A stretch of DNA of 64,000 bases, taken from Nostoc sp. (lineage in GTDB: Bacteria; Cyanobacteriota; Cyanobacteriia; Cyanobacteriales; Nostocaceae). Shown here one piece after another: positions 1 through 9,519 of this stretch (within the stretch, counting starts at the first letter, position 1; every line of letters starts with the position of its first letter). The stretch covers positions 128,001 through 192,000 of the forward strand of contig JBALDB010000046.1 in assembly GCA_036918135.1 (NCBI GenBank), given 5' to 3'. A program made the position numbers and the translations under genes. The notes beneath the pieces are model-generated. The model saw only the letters and a list, made by a program, of their open reading frames with translations, had not been told where the DNA came from and made no database searches.

Positions 1-224
1 CCTGCACTACAAAAATTGTATGTTTTTGGGTTATGCAACGAATATGTCTTACGGCTTTACTTATGCGGAACAATGTCCTTCAGTATCAGCGGACTAGCTT
101 CAGGCAACACATAATTTATCAAAGCCAAATGTCTACTAAATCGACTTTAGGCTTATTCTAAAATTAACCAAGAAAGCAACCTGACTATTGCTCTATACTC
201 TTTGGGCTAGTAGGCTACATCAAA

Positions 225-722
225 TCAAAGTCCTATAACATATTTTTGCCACTCCGCGTGTAGTCCACTCTTAAGATGTTTGCTAACCTCGAAATAAAGG
301 CTGCTATAAGGTTGGCGAGGAGGATGACGCAAGGGCATATGAGCTTCGTGCGGAGTACGACTACCTTTCTTAACATTGCAACGAACGCAAGCTGTGACAA
401 TGTTCTCCCAGGTATCTCCACCGCCGCGCGATCGCGGTATTACATGGTCTAAGGTCAACTCATCCCCTGTGTAACCACAGTATTGACAAGCATGACCATC
501 ACGATGCAATATGTTTCGGCGCGTCAGAGGAATTTCTTTATAAGGAACGCGGACATAATGACGCAACCTGATTACGGTCGGCAACGGGAAATCCGAGTAA
601 AGGAATTTACCATTGTGTTCCACGCGTTCTGCCTTGCCCTTGATTAACAGAACCGCAGCACGACGCCAACTCGTTATATTGAGAGGTTCGTAAGAGGCGT
701 TTAAGACTAAAACCTTCCCCAT
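225..722 (-). CDS. HNH endonuclease family protein
   Basis: RD..CQYCG..LTLDHVIPRSRGGGDTWENIVTACVRCNVKK is an HNH motif with CxxC pairs. Confidence 0.9.
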   Translation of the reverse strand: MGKVLVLNASYEPLNITSWRRAAVLLIKGKAERVEHNGKFLYSDFPLPTVIRLRHYVRVPYKEIPLTRRNILHRDGHACQYCGYTGDELTLDHVIPRSRGGGDTWENIVTACVRCNVKKGSRTPHEAHMPLRHPPRQPYSSLYFEVSKHLKSGLHAEWQKYVIGL

Positions 723-1199
723 TGATCTGCGCTTAGGGTATTAGTTTTACATATATTAACACAAATATACCCTTCTAGGGAGATGAGAATAAATTATACT
801 TTCGGAATAATTCGCAAATTAAGTTATGAGTTAGAAGTTTGGAAGTAAAACGCCTAACCTCAGCACTTAGACATAATTTTAAAAAATATAGACACAAATA
901 GATTTATCGTAGGCTAACGCTAACGCTAAAAGCTGGCGCTCAGACTTATGCTGGCAATGGAGTGGTATAACTTGGACGAAGTAGTACAGGGCGGCTAAAT
1001 TACGCCATCGATTTGAAATGTCTAAAACCCATATGCAACATGAATTACGAATTACGCATAACTTTTACTTGAGTAGCGCAACATATTGTATCAATTCCAA
1101 GTCAAGGGTAAACTTCCTGTTTAATCTGATATCGCTTCTAGGAGCGTGTATAGATAGATAATTTGAAGTTGAGCTACGGTGTGATAGGAGTCAGTACAA

Positions 1200-2387
1200 A
1201 TGTTAAGTCGCAAACAAATCCCTGGTGTAGTTCGTAATGAGCAGTGCGACACCTACGCGTGGTTTTCGCAACGAGCTTGGGTAGAAATTGATTTAGGAGC
1301 GTTATCGTACAATGTACAGCAACTAGTACAGTTGTTATCGCCGCACACCCAGTTGATGGCAGTGGTAAAAGCTGATGCCTATGGACATGGAGCGGTAACA
1401 GTTGCCCAAACTGCAATTCAATCGGGAGCTAGTTGGTTGGGAGTCGCTACAGTTCCAGAGGCGATTCAATTGCGAGAAGGCGGGATTCAAGCTCCGATTT
1501 TGATTTTAGGGGCGACTCATACACCAGAGCAGATTTATGCGATCGCTCAATGGAAACTTCAGCCTACATTGTGCAGCCCGAAACAAGCTTTAGTATTTTC
1601 TGATACTCTAGAATCGATGAATTTCGGTTCTCCCGTACCCGTACATATCAAATTAGACACGGGAATGTCCAGGCTGGGAACTAATTGGCAGCAAGCTGGT
1701 GAATTTGTGCAATTAGTGCAGCGGTTACCACATCTTTCTATTGCGAGTATTTATTCCCATTTGGCAACAGCAGATAGTCCCGATAGTACGGCAATGGCAG
1801 AACAGCATAGACGATTTGAAGAAGCGATCGCTCAAATCAAAGCATTGGGAATCCAACCGCCTTGCTTGCACTTGGCCAATTCAGCTGCCGCACTCACTGA
1901 CCGAGGATTGCACTACGATATTGCACGAGTAGGTTTAGCAGTTTACGGACTTTACCCAGCGCCGCATTTACAAAAGGCGATCGACCTCAAACCCGTTTTG
2001 GAACTTAAGGCACGAGTTACCCAAGTCAAAACAATTGCCGCAGGAACCGCTGTCAGCTACGGTCATCAATTTATTGCCCCGTGCGAACTTCGCCTCGCCG
2101 TCGTGGGAATTGGCTATGCTGACGGCGTTCCTCGTCATCTTTCTAATAAAATGCAGGTGTTAATTCGCGGTCAGCGAATCCCGCAAATCGGAACAATTAC
2201 AATGGATCAGTTGATGCTCGATGTGAGTGCTATACCTGATATCCAAGAAGGAGAAGTAGTCACCTTACTTGGAGAACAGGGAAAAGAAAAAATTTCAGCA
2301 GACGATTGGGCAGAACAATTAAATACTATTTCCTGGGAAATTCTTTGCGGCTTCAAGCATCGTCTGCCTCGTGTTGCTGTTATGTAA
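1200..2387 (+). CDS. alr: alanine racemase
   Basis: AVVKADAYGHG PLP-lysine motif, HIKLDTGMSRLG, IGYADG. Confidence 0.97.
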   Translation: MLSRKQIPGVVRNEQCDTYAWFSQRAWVEIDLGALSYNVQQLVQLLSPHTQLMAVVKADAYGHGAVTVAQTAIQSGASWLGVATVPEAIQLREGGIQAPILILGATHTPEQIYAIAQWKLQPTLCSPKQALVFSDTLESMNFGSPVPVHIKLDTGMSRLGTNWQQAGEFVQLVQRLPHLSIASIYSHLATADSPDSTAMAEQHRRFEEAIAQIKALGIQPPCLHLANSAAALTDRGLHYDIARVGLAVYGLYPAPHLQKAIDLKPVLELKARVTQVKTIAAGTAVSYGHQFIAPCELRLAVVGIGYADGVPRHLSNKMQVLIRGQRIPQIGTITMDQLMLDVSAIPDIQEGEVVTLLGEQGKEKISADDWAEQLNTISWEILCGFKHRLPRVAVM

Positions 2388-2414
2388 TTGGATATGGGGT
2401 ATTGGCCATTAGCA

Positions 2415-2515
2415 TGGGCAAACAGGAAGTGTGGGAGGTGTAGGAGGATGGGGAAGAAATCTTGCCCCCCTCTCTCCCCACACTCCTCATCTTCCCATCT
2501 CCCCACTCCCTATTC
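2415..2515. repeat. dispersed purine-arm/pyrimidine-arm repeat (STRR-like), copy 1
   Basis: TGGGCAAACAGG.AGTGTGGGAGGTGT.GGAGGATGGGGAAGAAATCTT.CCCCCCTCTCTCCC.ACACTCC; near-identical copy starts at 57134. Confidence 0.8.
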
Positions 2516-2552
2516 CCAAAAATAATTTCTTATGGTAGTATAGTAAACTGAT

Positions 2553-2634
2553 GCGGATGTGGCGGAATTGGCAGACGCGCTAGATTTAGGTTCTAGTTCC
2601 GAAAGGAGTGAAGGTTCAAGTCCTTTCATCCGCA
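2553..2634 (+). tRNA. trnL: tRNA-Leu(TAG)
   Basis: GCGGATGTGGCGGAATTGGCAGACGCG-CTAGA-TTTAGGT-TCTAG, long variable arm, GGTTCAAGTCC T-arm, CATCCGCA end; CCA not encoded. Confidence 0.97.
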
Positions 2635-2883
2635 CTTTTAATTACTGAAAGCTGTATGAGCCTATTGGCTTATGTAGAAAATCTATAGTTACAGCGATCG
2701 CTCGTGTGTTTCCTTTTTTCTTTAGAAGGAGTTTCAGGCTGTGGCTAGGCTTGGTGATTGGGTGCAGCACTGAACTATAGGCGTTGGTTTGCTTTCAAAC
2801 AGGCAATCGCAGTTGCCACAATAACGTTAGGCGCATTTAAATTAACTTACAAGAATTAACATCAAAAGCGATAATTAATGCTT

Positions 2884-3558
2884 TTATTCGTCCAAATCTG
2901 AGGTAATGAGTTTTTCAATTAGTTCGATAACACCATTCCCCCGACTACCATTAGTCACAAAATCCACGCGTTCTTTGAGCATTGGCAAAGCATTGGCAAC
3001 TGCTACTGAATAACCACAAATACTCAGGAAATCATAGTCATTTTCTGCATCGCCAATCCCAACTACGTTTTCTGGTAATAACTGCATCTGGGCCAAAGCG
3101 GCGGCTAACCCTGTAGCTTTGTTAATTCCTGACGGTAACACCATTACCGCAGCTTTGTTCAAGATGACTTGCAATTCTAATCCCATGTGGCGGATAGTTT
3201 CTAAGACTGTTGTTTCATGGGGATGCCATGTAGCAACAATTACACGGCCAACTGAGAGGGGCTTGACTTGGGGATCGCGTAATGTGTTAATAAATTTTGC
3301 TGATGGTTAGGAACCTAATAGTTTTTCCTGACGGGTAGCTGGTGAGTAGAGCAAAGCGCCGTTTTCTGCTACTACATAATCAAATAAATCTACATGTACA
3401 AACACTTGTTGCAATTCATCTAACTGTCTACCTGTCACCAAGATGAGTTTATAACCAGAACTTTGCAGACGTATAAGTGCTGCTAAAGTATTTTCATTTA
3501 CATGATTGTCAGTTGCTAGTGTACCGTCATAGTCAGTGGCTAATACAGAATAACGCAT
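2884..3558 (-). pseudogene. Cof-type HAD hydrolase interrupted by one in-frame TAA (3307-3309)
   Basis: The N-part (DYDGTL, VTGR) and C-part (GINKATGL, GDAEND) share a frame; the reading continues ...LLGS*PSAKFINTLRDPQVKPLSVGRVIVATWHPHE. Confidence 0.85.
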
Positions 3559-3859
3559 AATGTTACTCCATTTTTTTGAGTGTTGAAGAAGAATATAGAA
3601 TTCAGAATCAATTATATGTAGGTATTTACCGCTAATCCGGGAGCGATCGCATCCTCGTGTTGCCTTAATTTAGGGATAATCTTAAAAGCTTCAGTAGCTA
3701 GTTTTTTGTTGAATGTAGCATGTAGGGACTCGGCGGTCGGCGTTTGGAACACATCACTTGTGCTGAAACTCTATACTTTTCTCAAATATAAATTGCTGGT
3801 ATTGAATTATTCTGATAATAAATATGCAAACTTTCAATTATGTTTTATTTTTTTTTTTT

Positions 3860-4049
3860 AAATCAGTATTATCCCTGTAGTCATAATGGGGGTAGTTAAC
3901 GAACAGTAGCTTTATTTAGTACTTACATAATTAAAGACTAGATTTTACTTAAGTGTAAATACAGAAGTTCAAAGATATTATTTTCAGAAAATCAGTATTA
4001 TTCCTGTGGTCAGAATGGGGTTACTCAATGGAAAGTGGCTTCATCTAGT
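3860..4049. repeat. imperfect 61-bp direct repeat (3860-3920 and 3989-4049) upstream of the taxis operon
   Basis: Manual ungapped alignment gives 49/61 identical positions. Confidence 0.8.
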
Positions 4050-4309
4050 CTTGACATTTCTATGTCTTATTTTTCAAAAATGTTTCTAAATCTCAGTAAC
4101 AGGAAGTAAATTAATAAGAATTTACGAATTTACTGGGATTTGAGCATTTGAAAATAACGCTGCTTTCGTTGAGTTTCACCACAAATCTAGAAGTAAAATT
4201 TATGTATTTTAAAATACAATAATTATAAGCCTTTTACTTAATTTGAATTGTGGAAGAACTCTGCACGAATTTAGCTTACACATACCGAATTTAGCTGAGT
4301 AAAAGCAAA

Positions 4310-5347
4310 ATGAGCACAACTCCTATAGGTAGCTTCAAGTTGTTCCAAAAACTACATCCGCTATCTCTGTTGGCACAATTAACTAGTCGGCGTGCTACAG
4401 GTTGCTTAAGCGTATTTACTGGGATAGTTTATTGGTCAATTTATCTAGAGGACGGTAAACTTACTTATGCCTCCTATTCAGATAAACTGTTTGAGCGGCT
4501 TGATAGTCACTTGCGGCGCTTGAGTCAGCAAATTCCTGCTCTCAATAGCGCTACTCGCGTACAGATGCGGCTGATGTTTGAAACAAAAAATGAACATCAG
4601 TTAATACCAAATGCCGATTATCAAGCTATTTGCTGGCTAGTAAATCAGGATTTGATTACCCCTGTGCAAGCAGCAACCTTGATAGACGAATTAGCAAAAG
4701 AAGTACTGGAATCATTTCTGTGCTTAAAAGAAGGTAGCTATGAATTTAGTCCAGAAAATTCTTTAGATGAACTACCAAAATTCTGTCGTCTAGATTTGCG
4801 GTTACTTGTCGAACATTGTCAAAAACAGTTAAGAAATCGACAAAATATCAAGTCCTCAATTCCTGCTGGTGGGAGTTCTCAAGTTTTGCCCCAATTGCAA
4901 ATTAAACTTGGACAAAAATCTCCTAGACAAATCAATTTTGATATTTCAGAAAATAATATAACGCAGTTACCTGTTGGCAAAAATATATACACAATTGCCT
5001 GCATTGATGATAGTCAAACGGTGTTGAATTCTATTAAGCACTTTTTGGATGAAAATACATTTTCAGTTGTAACAATCAACGATCCAGTGAAAGCTTTAAT
5101 GCAAATTCTCCGCAGTAAGCCCGATTTGATTTTGCTAGATGTTGAAATGCCTTCATTAGATGGCTATGAATTATGTTCATTATTACGTAAACATTCAGCT
5201 TTTAAAAATACACCTATCATCATGGTAACTGGGAGAACAGGATTTATTGATAGGGCAAAAGCTAAAATGGTCAGGTCATCAGGATATTTGACTAAGCCTT
5301 TTACGCAGTCAGAATTGTTAAAAATCGTATTTAAATATCTTGATTAA
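4310..5347 (+). CDS. PatA-family response regulator (PATAN + receiver)
   Basis: N-terminal PATAN-like region (RRATGCL..WSIYLEDGKL) and C-terminal REC (CIDDS, LLDVEMP, GYLTKPF); first gene of a che-like operon. Confidence 0.9.
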   Translation: MSTTPIGSFKLFQKLHPLSLLAQLTSRRATGCLSVFTGIVYWSIYLEDGKLTYASYSDKLFERLDSHLRRLSQQIPALNSATRVQMRLMFETKNEHQLIPNADYQAICWLVNQDLITPVQAATLIDELAKEVLESFLCLKEGSYEFSPENSLDELPKFCRLDLRLLVEHCQKQLRNRQNIKSSIPAGGSSQVLPQLQIKLGQKSPRQINFDISENNITQLPVGKNIYTIACIDDSQTVLNSIKHFLDENTFSVVTINDPVKALMQILRSKPDLILLDVEMPSLDGYELCSLLRKHSAFKNTPIIMVTGRTGFIDRAKAKMVRSSGYLTKPFTQSELLKIVFKYLD

Positions 5348-5451
5348 TTGAGAATTGGGAATTCTGTCTCCTAAATTCTCAATTCTAACTCCTGATTCTT
5401 GAGTTCTGATAGCAAATTTAATCGCCTTAATTTACTTTTAGGAGATTTATA

Positions 5452-5829
5452 GTGAGCCTGACTTTGCTTGGCACAATTCTGATTGTAGAAGATTCTCCCA
5501 GCGAATTGGAATTAATGAGCCATTATCTGAAAGAAAGTGGTTACAACGTAATTAAAACTGCTGGTGCAAAAGAAGCTTTAGAAAAAGCTGTGTTAGAAAA
5601 AATAGATGCGATTGTTACTGATGTAGTAATGCCAGAAATGAGTGGATTTGAATTGTGTCGCTCCCTGAGAAAAAATCCAATTACTGCAAAAGTGCCAATT
5701 GTAATTTGTAGTTCTAAAAATCAGGAAATTGACCGATTGTGGGCGATGAGACAAGGAGCAGATGCTTATATAACTAAACCTTATACCCGCGAACATCTCC
5801 TACGTACTATTAAATCAGTGGTAATTTAA
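5452..5829 (+). CDS. CheY-like response regulator
   Basis: Single REC domain (VEDS, TDVVMP, YITKP); GTG start after AGGAG. Confidence 0.92.
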   Translation: MSLTLLGTILIVEDSPSELELMSHYLKESGYNVIKTAGAKEALEKAVLEKIDAIVTDVVMPEMSGFELCRSLRKNPITAKVPIVICSSKNQEIDRLWAMRQGADAYITKPYTREHLLRTIKSVVI

Positions 5830-5833
5830 ATCA

Positions 5834-6331
5834 ATGACTAGTACAAAAATTACACTTTCCTCAAAACCAATCGAAAATAACTTAGCAGATGGTTATTTAA
5901 AATTCCAGTTAAATCAACAGACTGGTGCTGTTTTATCAATGAAATATACTCAAGAAGCAATTATTGTACCTGTTGAGTCTGTTACTTCGATGCCTAATAT
6001 GCCTCCTTGCATATTGGGATTAATGAATTGGCGGAGTCGGATAATTTGGGTAATTGATTTGCCAAAAATACTGAATTTAGAATCTCTTGATTATCGAGTG
6101 CGGCAGTATAATGTGATCGTTGTTCGAGTAGAATCATTGTTATTAGGTTTAGTTGTACAAGAAATCAAAGGTACAACTAAGTTTGTTGCTGATGAAATTC
6201 ATTCTCCCATAGGACAAGTGGCATCTAGTTTAGTTCCTTATTTATGTGGATGTGTAGTGCAACAAAAAGAAATATTACTCGTATTAGATGCTCAAGCTAT
6301 TGTGCAGTCTTCTAGTCTTCGCAGTGATTAA
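5834..6331 (+). CDS. CheW-like coupling protein
   Basis: MPNMPPCILGLMNWRSRIIWVIDL CheW signature. Confidence 0.92.
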   Translation: MTSTKITLSSKPIENNLADGYLKFQLNQQTGAVLSMKYTQEAIIVPVESVTSMPNMPPCILGLMNWRSRIIWVIDLPKILNLESLDYRVRQYNVIVVRVESLLLGLVVQEIKGTTKFVADEIHSPIGQVASSLVPYLCGCVVQQKEILLVLDAQAIVQSSSLRSD

Positions 6332-6424
6332 AGTTTACTAAAAATATTTCAGGAGTCCAGAGTCAAAATCCTTTATAAAAAATAATTTTTAGTGTACTTA
6401 TTCATATACCGGAGAACTAATTTT

Positions 6425-9253
6425 ATGTTTAATAAAACTAATACGAACAACGGTAGTGTTCCTCCAAATCAGACATCACTGATTTCATCTCAAAAAATTA
6501 TTGGTAGTGCAGTAAAGCTGCCAATTAAACCTACTACTGACACTGCTAGGAAGTCTTTTGGAAATCCAGTTTTTGACTATTTTACAAGGCTGAGCTTAGT
6601 TACGAAAGCAACAATTTTGGCGATCGCCATTGGTACACTACCTGTATTGGCCATAGGTGCGATCGCTTTCAGCTTTGCTAACAAATCGATTACGAAGCAA
6701 ATTACTCAGTCTCAACAAGCCCAAGCCACTGGTTTAAGCGATAAAATTAACCGTTTCATGTTGGGACGCTATGGAGATATTCAAGTAATATCTAGCTTAC
6801 CATTTTTGACAAATTCTCAAGCTAGTGTAAGCACAAATAGTCAAGAAAAGCAAGCAGTTCTGAATCGGGTTGTAGAAGCTTACCAAGCTTATGACAGTGT
6901 TGCCATTTTCGATCCCCAAGGCAATTTAATTGTTCAATCTACAGGCGAACTTCTGGAAAACCAAAAAGACCAGAAGTATTTTCAAGAGGTTCTGCAAAAA
7001 GATACTCCTATTATTAGTAATCCAGAAGCAGCAACAAATACTGGGGTGATAAATATTTATATAGCAGCACCAATAAAAAATACATTTACTGGTCAAACTA
7101 TTGGTGTGGTTAGAGCGCGGATGCCCATAAAATCTTTAGCTGAAGTCATTAAAAACTATGCGGTTAATGGACAAAAATATTATTTACTTGATGCTGCGGG
7201 AATAGTTTTCTTAAGTCCACAAAAGCAATTATTGGGCAAACAAGCAAAGGCAGAATATCGGAGTTTAGCTAAACTGCTAACAGCAAAAAAAGTAAATAGT
7301 TTTATTGAAGTTCCCAAAAATTATAAAAAACAAGAATTAGTTAGCTACGTGCCATCGACTAAGTTAGATGGCTTGCCCGATTTAAATTGGCAAGTACTTT
7401 TATCTACAGACACAGCAATTGTATTTGAACCGCAAAGACAACTATTGTGGATTATAGCCATCGGCACTGGATTAACAGCTTTGATTGTAGCAGCGATCGC
7501 ATCTTGGTTAGCGAAACTGACTACACAGCCAATTTTGAATGCAACTGCGGCATTAGCAAAGTTAAATCAAAGAAAATTAAACACTCGTTTGGATACCCAA
7601 AGAGAAGATGAATTAGGGATATTGAGTGCAAATATCAACCAGATGGCTGAACAATTAGAGATTTTATCCAAGGAACAGGAACTAGATGTTGAAGCAGCAA
7701 AACTATTAGCAGATATTAGTTTAAATATTCGGAGAACTCTCAAAACAGAAGATATTTATCAAATAGCAGTTCAAGAAGTTCGCCGAGCAATAAAAACAGA
7801 CCGAGTAATCATTTATTATCTGAATCCAGATACTAAAGATGGTGTCGTTATTGCTGAATCAGTAAGTAGCAATTGGCCTCAAATGATTGGAGTGCGAATT
7901 GACGAGCCTTCTTTTTGGACACACCGTATAGAGACTTATCCAGATAATCGAGTACAAGCAGTTGCCAACATTTATCAAGACCAAAATGTTAAAAGTACCG
8001 ACGGTTACATTCAACTATTAGAAAAATTCGCGGTCAAAGGTAATTTAATTACACCAATTATTGTCCAAGAACAACTTTTAGGCTTATTAATCGCCGATTG
8101 TTGTGAAACTCCTCATGTTTGGCAACAGCCAGAAATTAACTTGTTTCAACAGATAGCAACTCAAATCGGTTATGCATTGGAAGAAGCTAAGCTACTAGAG
8201 GAAATAAAACAAGCCAAGAATATTGCTGTAATAGATTCTGATGAAGAACGGCAAGAAAAAGAAGCACTGCAACAACAACTTTTAGAATTACTCGATGACA
8301 TAGAAGGTGCAGCTAAAGGCGATTTGACAGTGCGTGCAGACGTGACTGCTGGAGAAATAGGCACTGTTGCTGACTTTTTCAACTCCATTGTCGAAAGCCT
8401 GCGAGATATTGTTACCCAAGTTAAACAAGCTGCTACTCAAGTAAATACCGCCATCAGCTCTAACGAAGGAGCCATTTACCAATTAGCAGAGGAAGCACTC
8501 ACCCAAGCCACTCAAATCAATTGGACTCTCGATGCTGTTGACCAAATGACCCAATCTATGCAGGCTGTAGCCGAAAGCGCCGAAAAAGCAGCTTTTATTG
8601 CTAATCATGCTGCTCATAACGCCACTCAGAGTGGACACGCGATGGATTTAACAGTACAAAACATCCTGTCTATGCGGGAAACAGTTGGTGAAACTGCCAA
8701 AAAAGTCAAGCGTCTTGGCGAATCTTCGCAACAAATTTCTCGCGTAGTTTCTTTAATTAATCAAATCGCCATCCAAACCAACTTGCTTGCAATTAACGCT
8801 GGTATAGAAGCAGCGCGTGCGGGCGAAGAAGGTCAAGGTTTTGCTGTCGTTGCAGAAGAAGTCGGCGAACTAGCAATTAGGAGTGCAGCTGCAACCCAAG
8901 AAATTGAAGAAATTGTAGAGAATATCCAACGAGAAACCAGCGAAGTGGTACACGCGATGGAAATCGGAACTACCCAAGTGGTAGAAGGTACTCGAATTGT
9001 AGAGGAGGCGAAGGGAAGTCTAAATCAGATTTTGGATGTATCGCGTCAAATTGACTTTTTAGTGCAGTCGATTTCTACTGCAACTGCATCTCAAGTAGAA
9101 ACATCACAAAGTGTCAGCCAATTGATGAAAGATGTCGCCGCCGTATCACAACGCACCAGCGATTCTTCTGTGCAAATCTCCCAATCTCTACAAGAAACTG
9201 TAGAGATTTCCCAGCAATTGCAAGAGACTGTCGGAACTTTCAAAGTTAGTTAG
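6425..9253 (+). CDS. methyl-accepting chemotaxis protein (TM-Cache-TM-HAMP-GAF-MCP; PixJ-like architecture)
   Basis: Two TM segments, HAMP ([13 protein letters not shown]), GAF (TDRVIIY), MCP hairpin [33 protein letters not shown] 6425 preceded by GGAGA. Confidence 0.92.
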   Translation: MFNKTNTNNGSVPPNQTSLISSQKIIGSAVKLPIKPTTDTARKSFGNPVFDYFTRLSLVTKATILAIAIGTLPVLAIGAIAFSFANKSITKQITQSQQAQATGLSDKINRFMLGRYGDIQVISSLPFLTNSQASVSTNSQEKQAVLNRVVEAYQAYDSVAIFDPQGNLIVQSTGELLENQKDQKYFQEVLQKDTPIISNPEAATNTGVINIYIAAPIKNTFTGQTIGVVRARMPIKSLAEVIKNYAVNGQKYYLLDAAGIVFLSPQKQLLGKQAKAEYRSLAKLLTAKKVNSFIEVPKNYKKQELVSYVPSTKLDGLPDLNWQVLLSTDTAIVFEPQRQLLWIIAIGTGLTALIVAAIASWLAKLTTQPILNATAALAKLNQRKLNTRLDTQREDELGILSANINQMAEQLEILSKEQELDVEAAKLLADISLNIRRTLKTEDIYQIAVQEVRRAIKTDRVIIYYLNPDTKDGVVIAESVSSNWPQMIGVRIDEPSFWTHRIETYPDNRVQAVANIYQDQNVKSTDGYIQLLEKFAVKGNLITPIIVQEQLLGLLIADCCETPHVWQQPEINLFQQIATQIGYALEEAKLLEEIKQAKNIAVIDSDEERQEKEALQQQLLELLDDIEGAAKGDLTVRADVTAGEIGTVADFFNSIVESLRDIVTQVKQAATQVNTAISSNEGAIYQLAEEALTQATQINWTLDAVDQMTQSMQAVAESAEKAAFIANHAAHNATQSGHAMDLTVQNILSMRETVGETAKKVKRLGESSQQISRVVSLINQIAIQTNLLAINAGIEAARAGEEGQGFAVVAEEVGELAIRSAAATQEIEEIVENIQRETSEVVHAMEIGTTQVVEGTRIVEEAKGSLNQILDVSRQIDFLVQSISTATASQVETSQSVSQLMKDVAAVSQRTSDSSVQISQSLQETVEISQQLQETVGTFKVS

Positions 9254-9254
9254 G

Positions 9255-9510
9255 TTTGTTATTAGTCGTTAGTCATTTGTCATTTGTCCTCTCTTACAAA
9301 GTTAAGGCAGTCCGTTGGCGGGGTTCCCCCGCTTAAAGGAACTGCCGTCTGTTCGGAGGAAACCTCCGTCAGACTTTGCGCTTTGTCATTAGTCGTTAGT
9401 CATTTGTTATTTATCCATAACCAATGATTAATGCCTAATACCTCATATTCAATGACTAATGATTAATGACTAATAATTAATAACTAATAACTAATGACTA
9501 ATGACTAAGG
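9255..9510. repeat. STRR heptamer arrays (GTCATTT/TGACTAA type) with an embedded small dispersed hairpin element (9291-9382)
   Basis: Tandem heptamers in inverted orientation flank CTCTTACAAAGT...CGGAGGAAACCTCCGTCAGACTTTGCGCT. Confidence 0.8.
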
Positions 9511-9519
9511 ACAAAAATC

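Noticed and set aside
225..722. HNH gene as a mobile homing endonuclease or defence gene
   Set aside because: Short stand-alone type next to alr, with no intron, IS ends or partner genes visible.
2207..2506. 99-aa minus-strand ORF
   Set aside because: Overlaps alr antisense and runs through the purine/pyrimidine repeat.
3307..3309. Programmed readthrough in the HAD gene
   Set aside because: Strong TAA stop in mid-domain; the short product would be an incomplete fold, so a pseudogene is more parsimonious.
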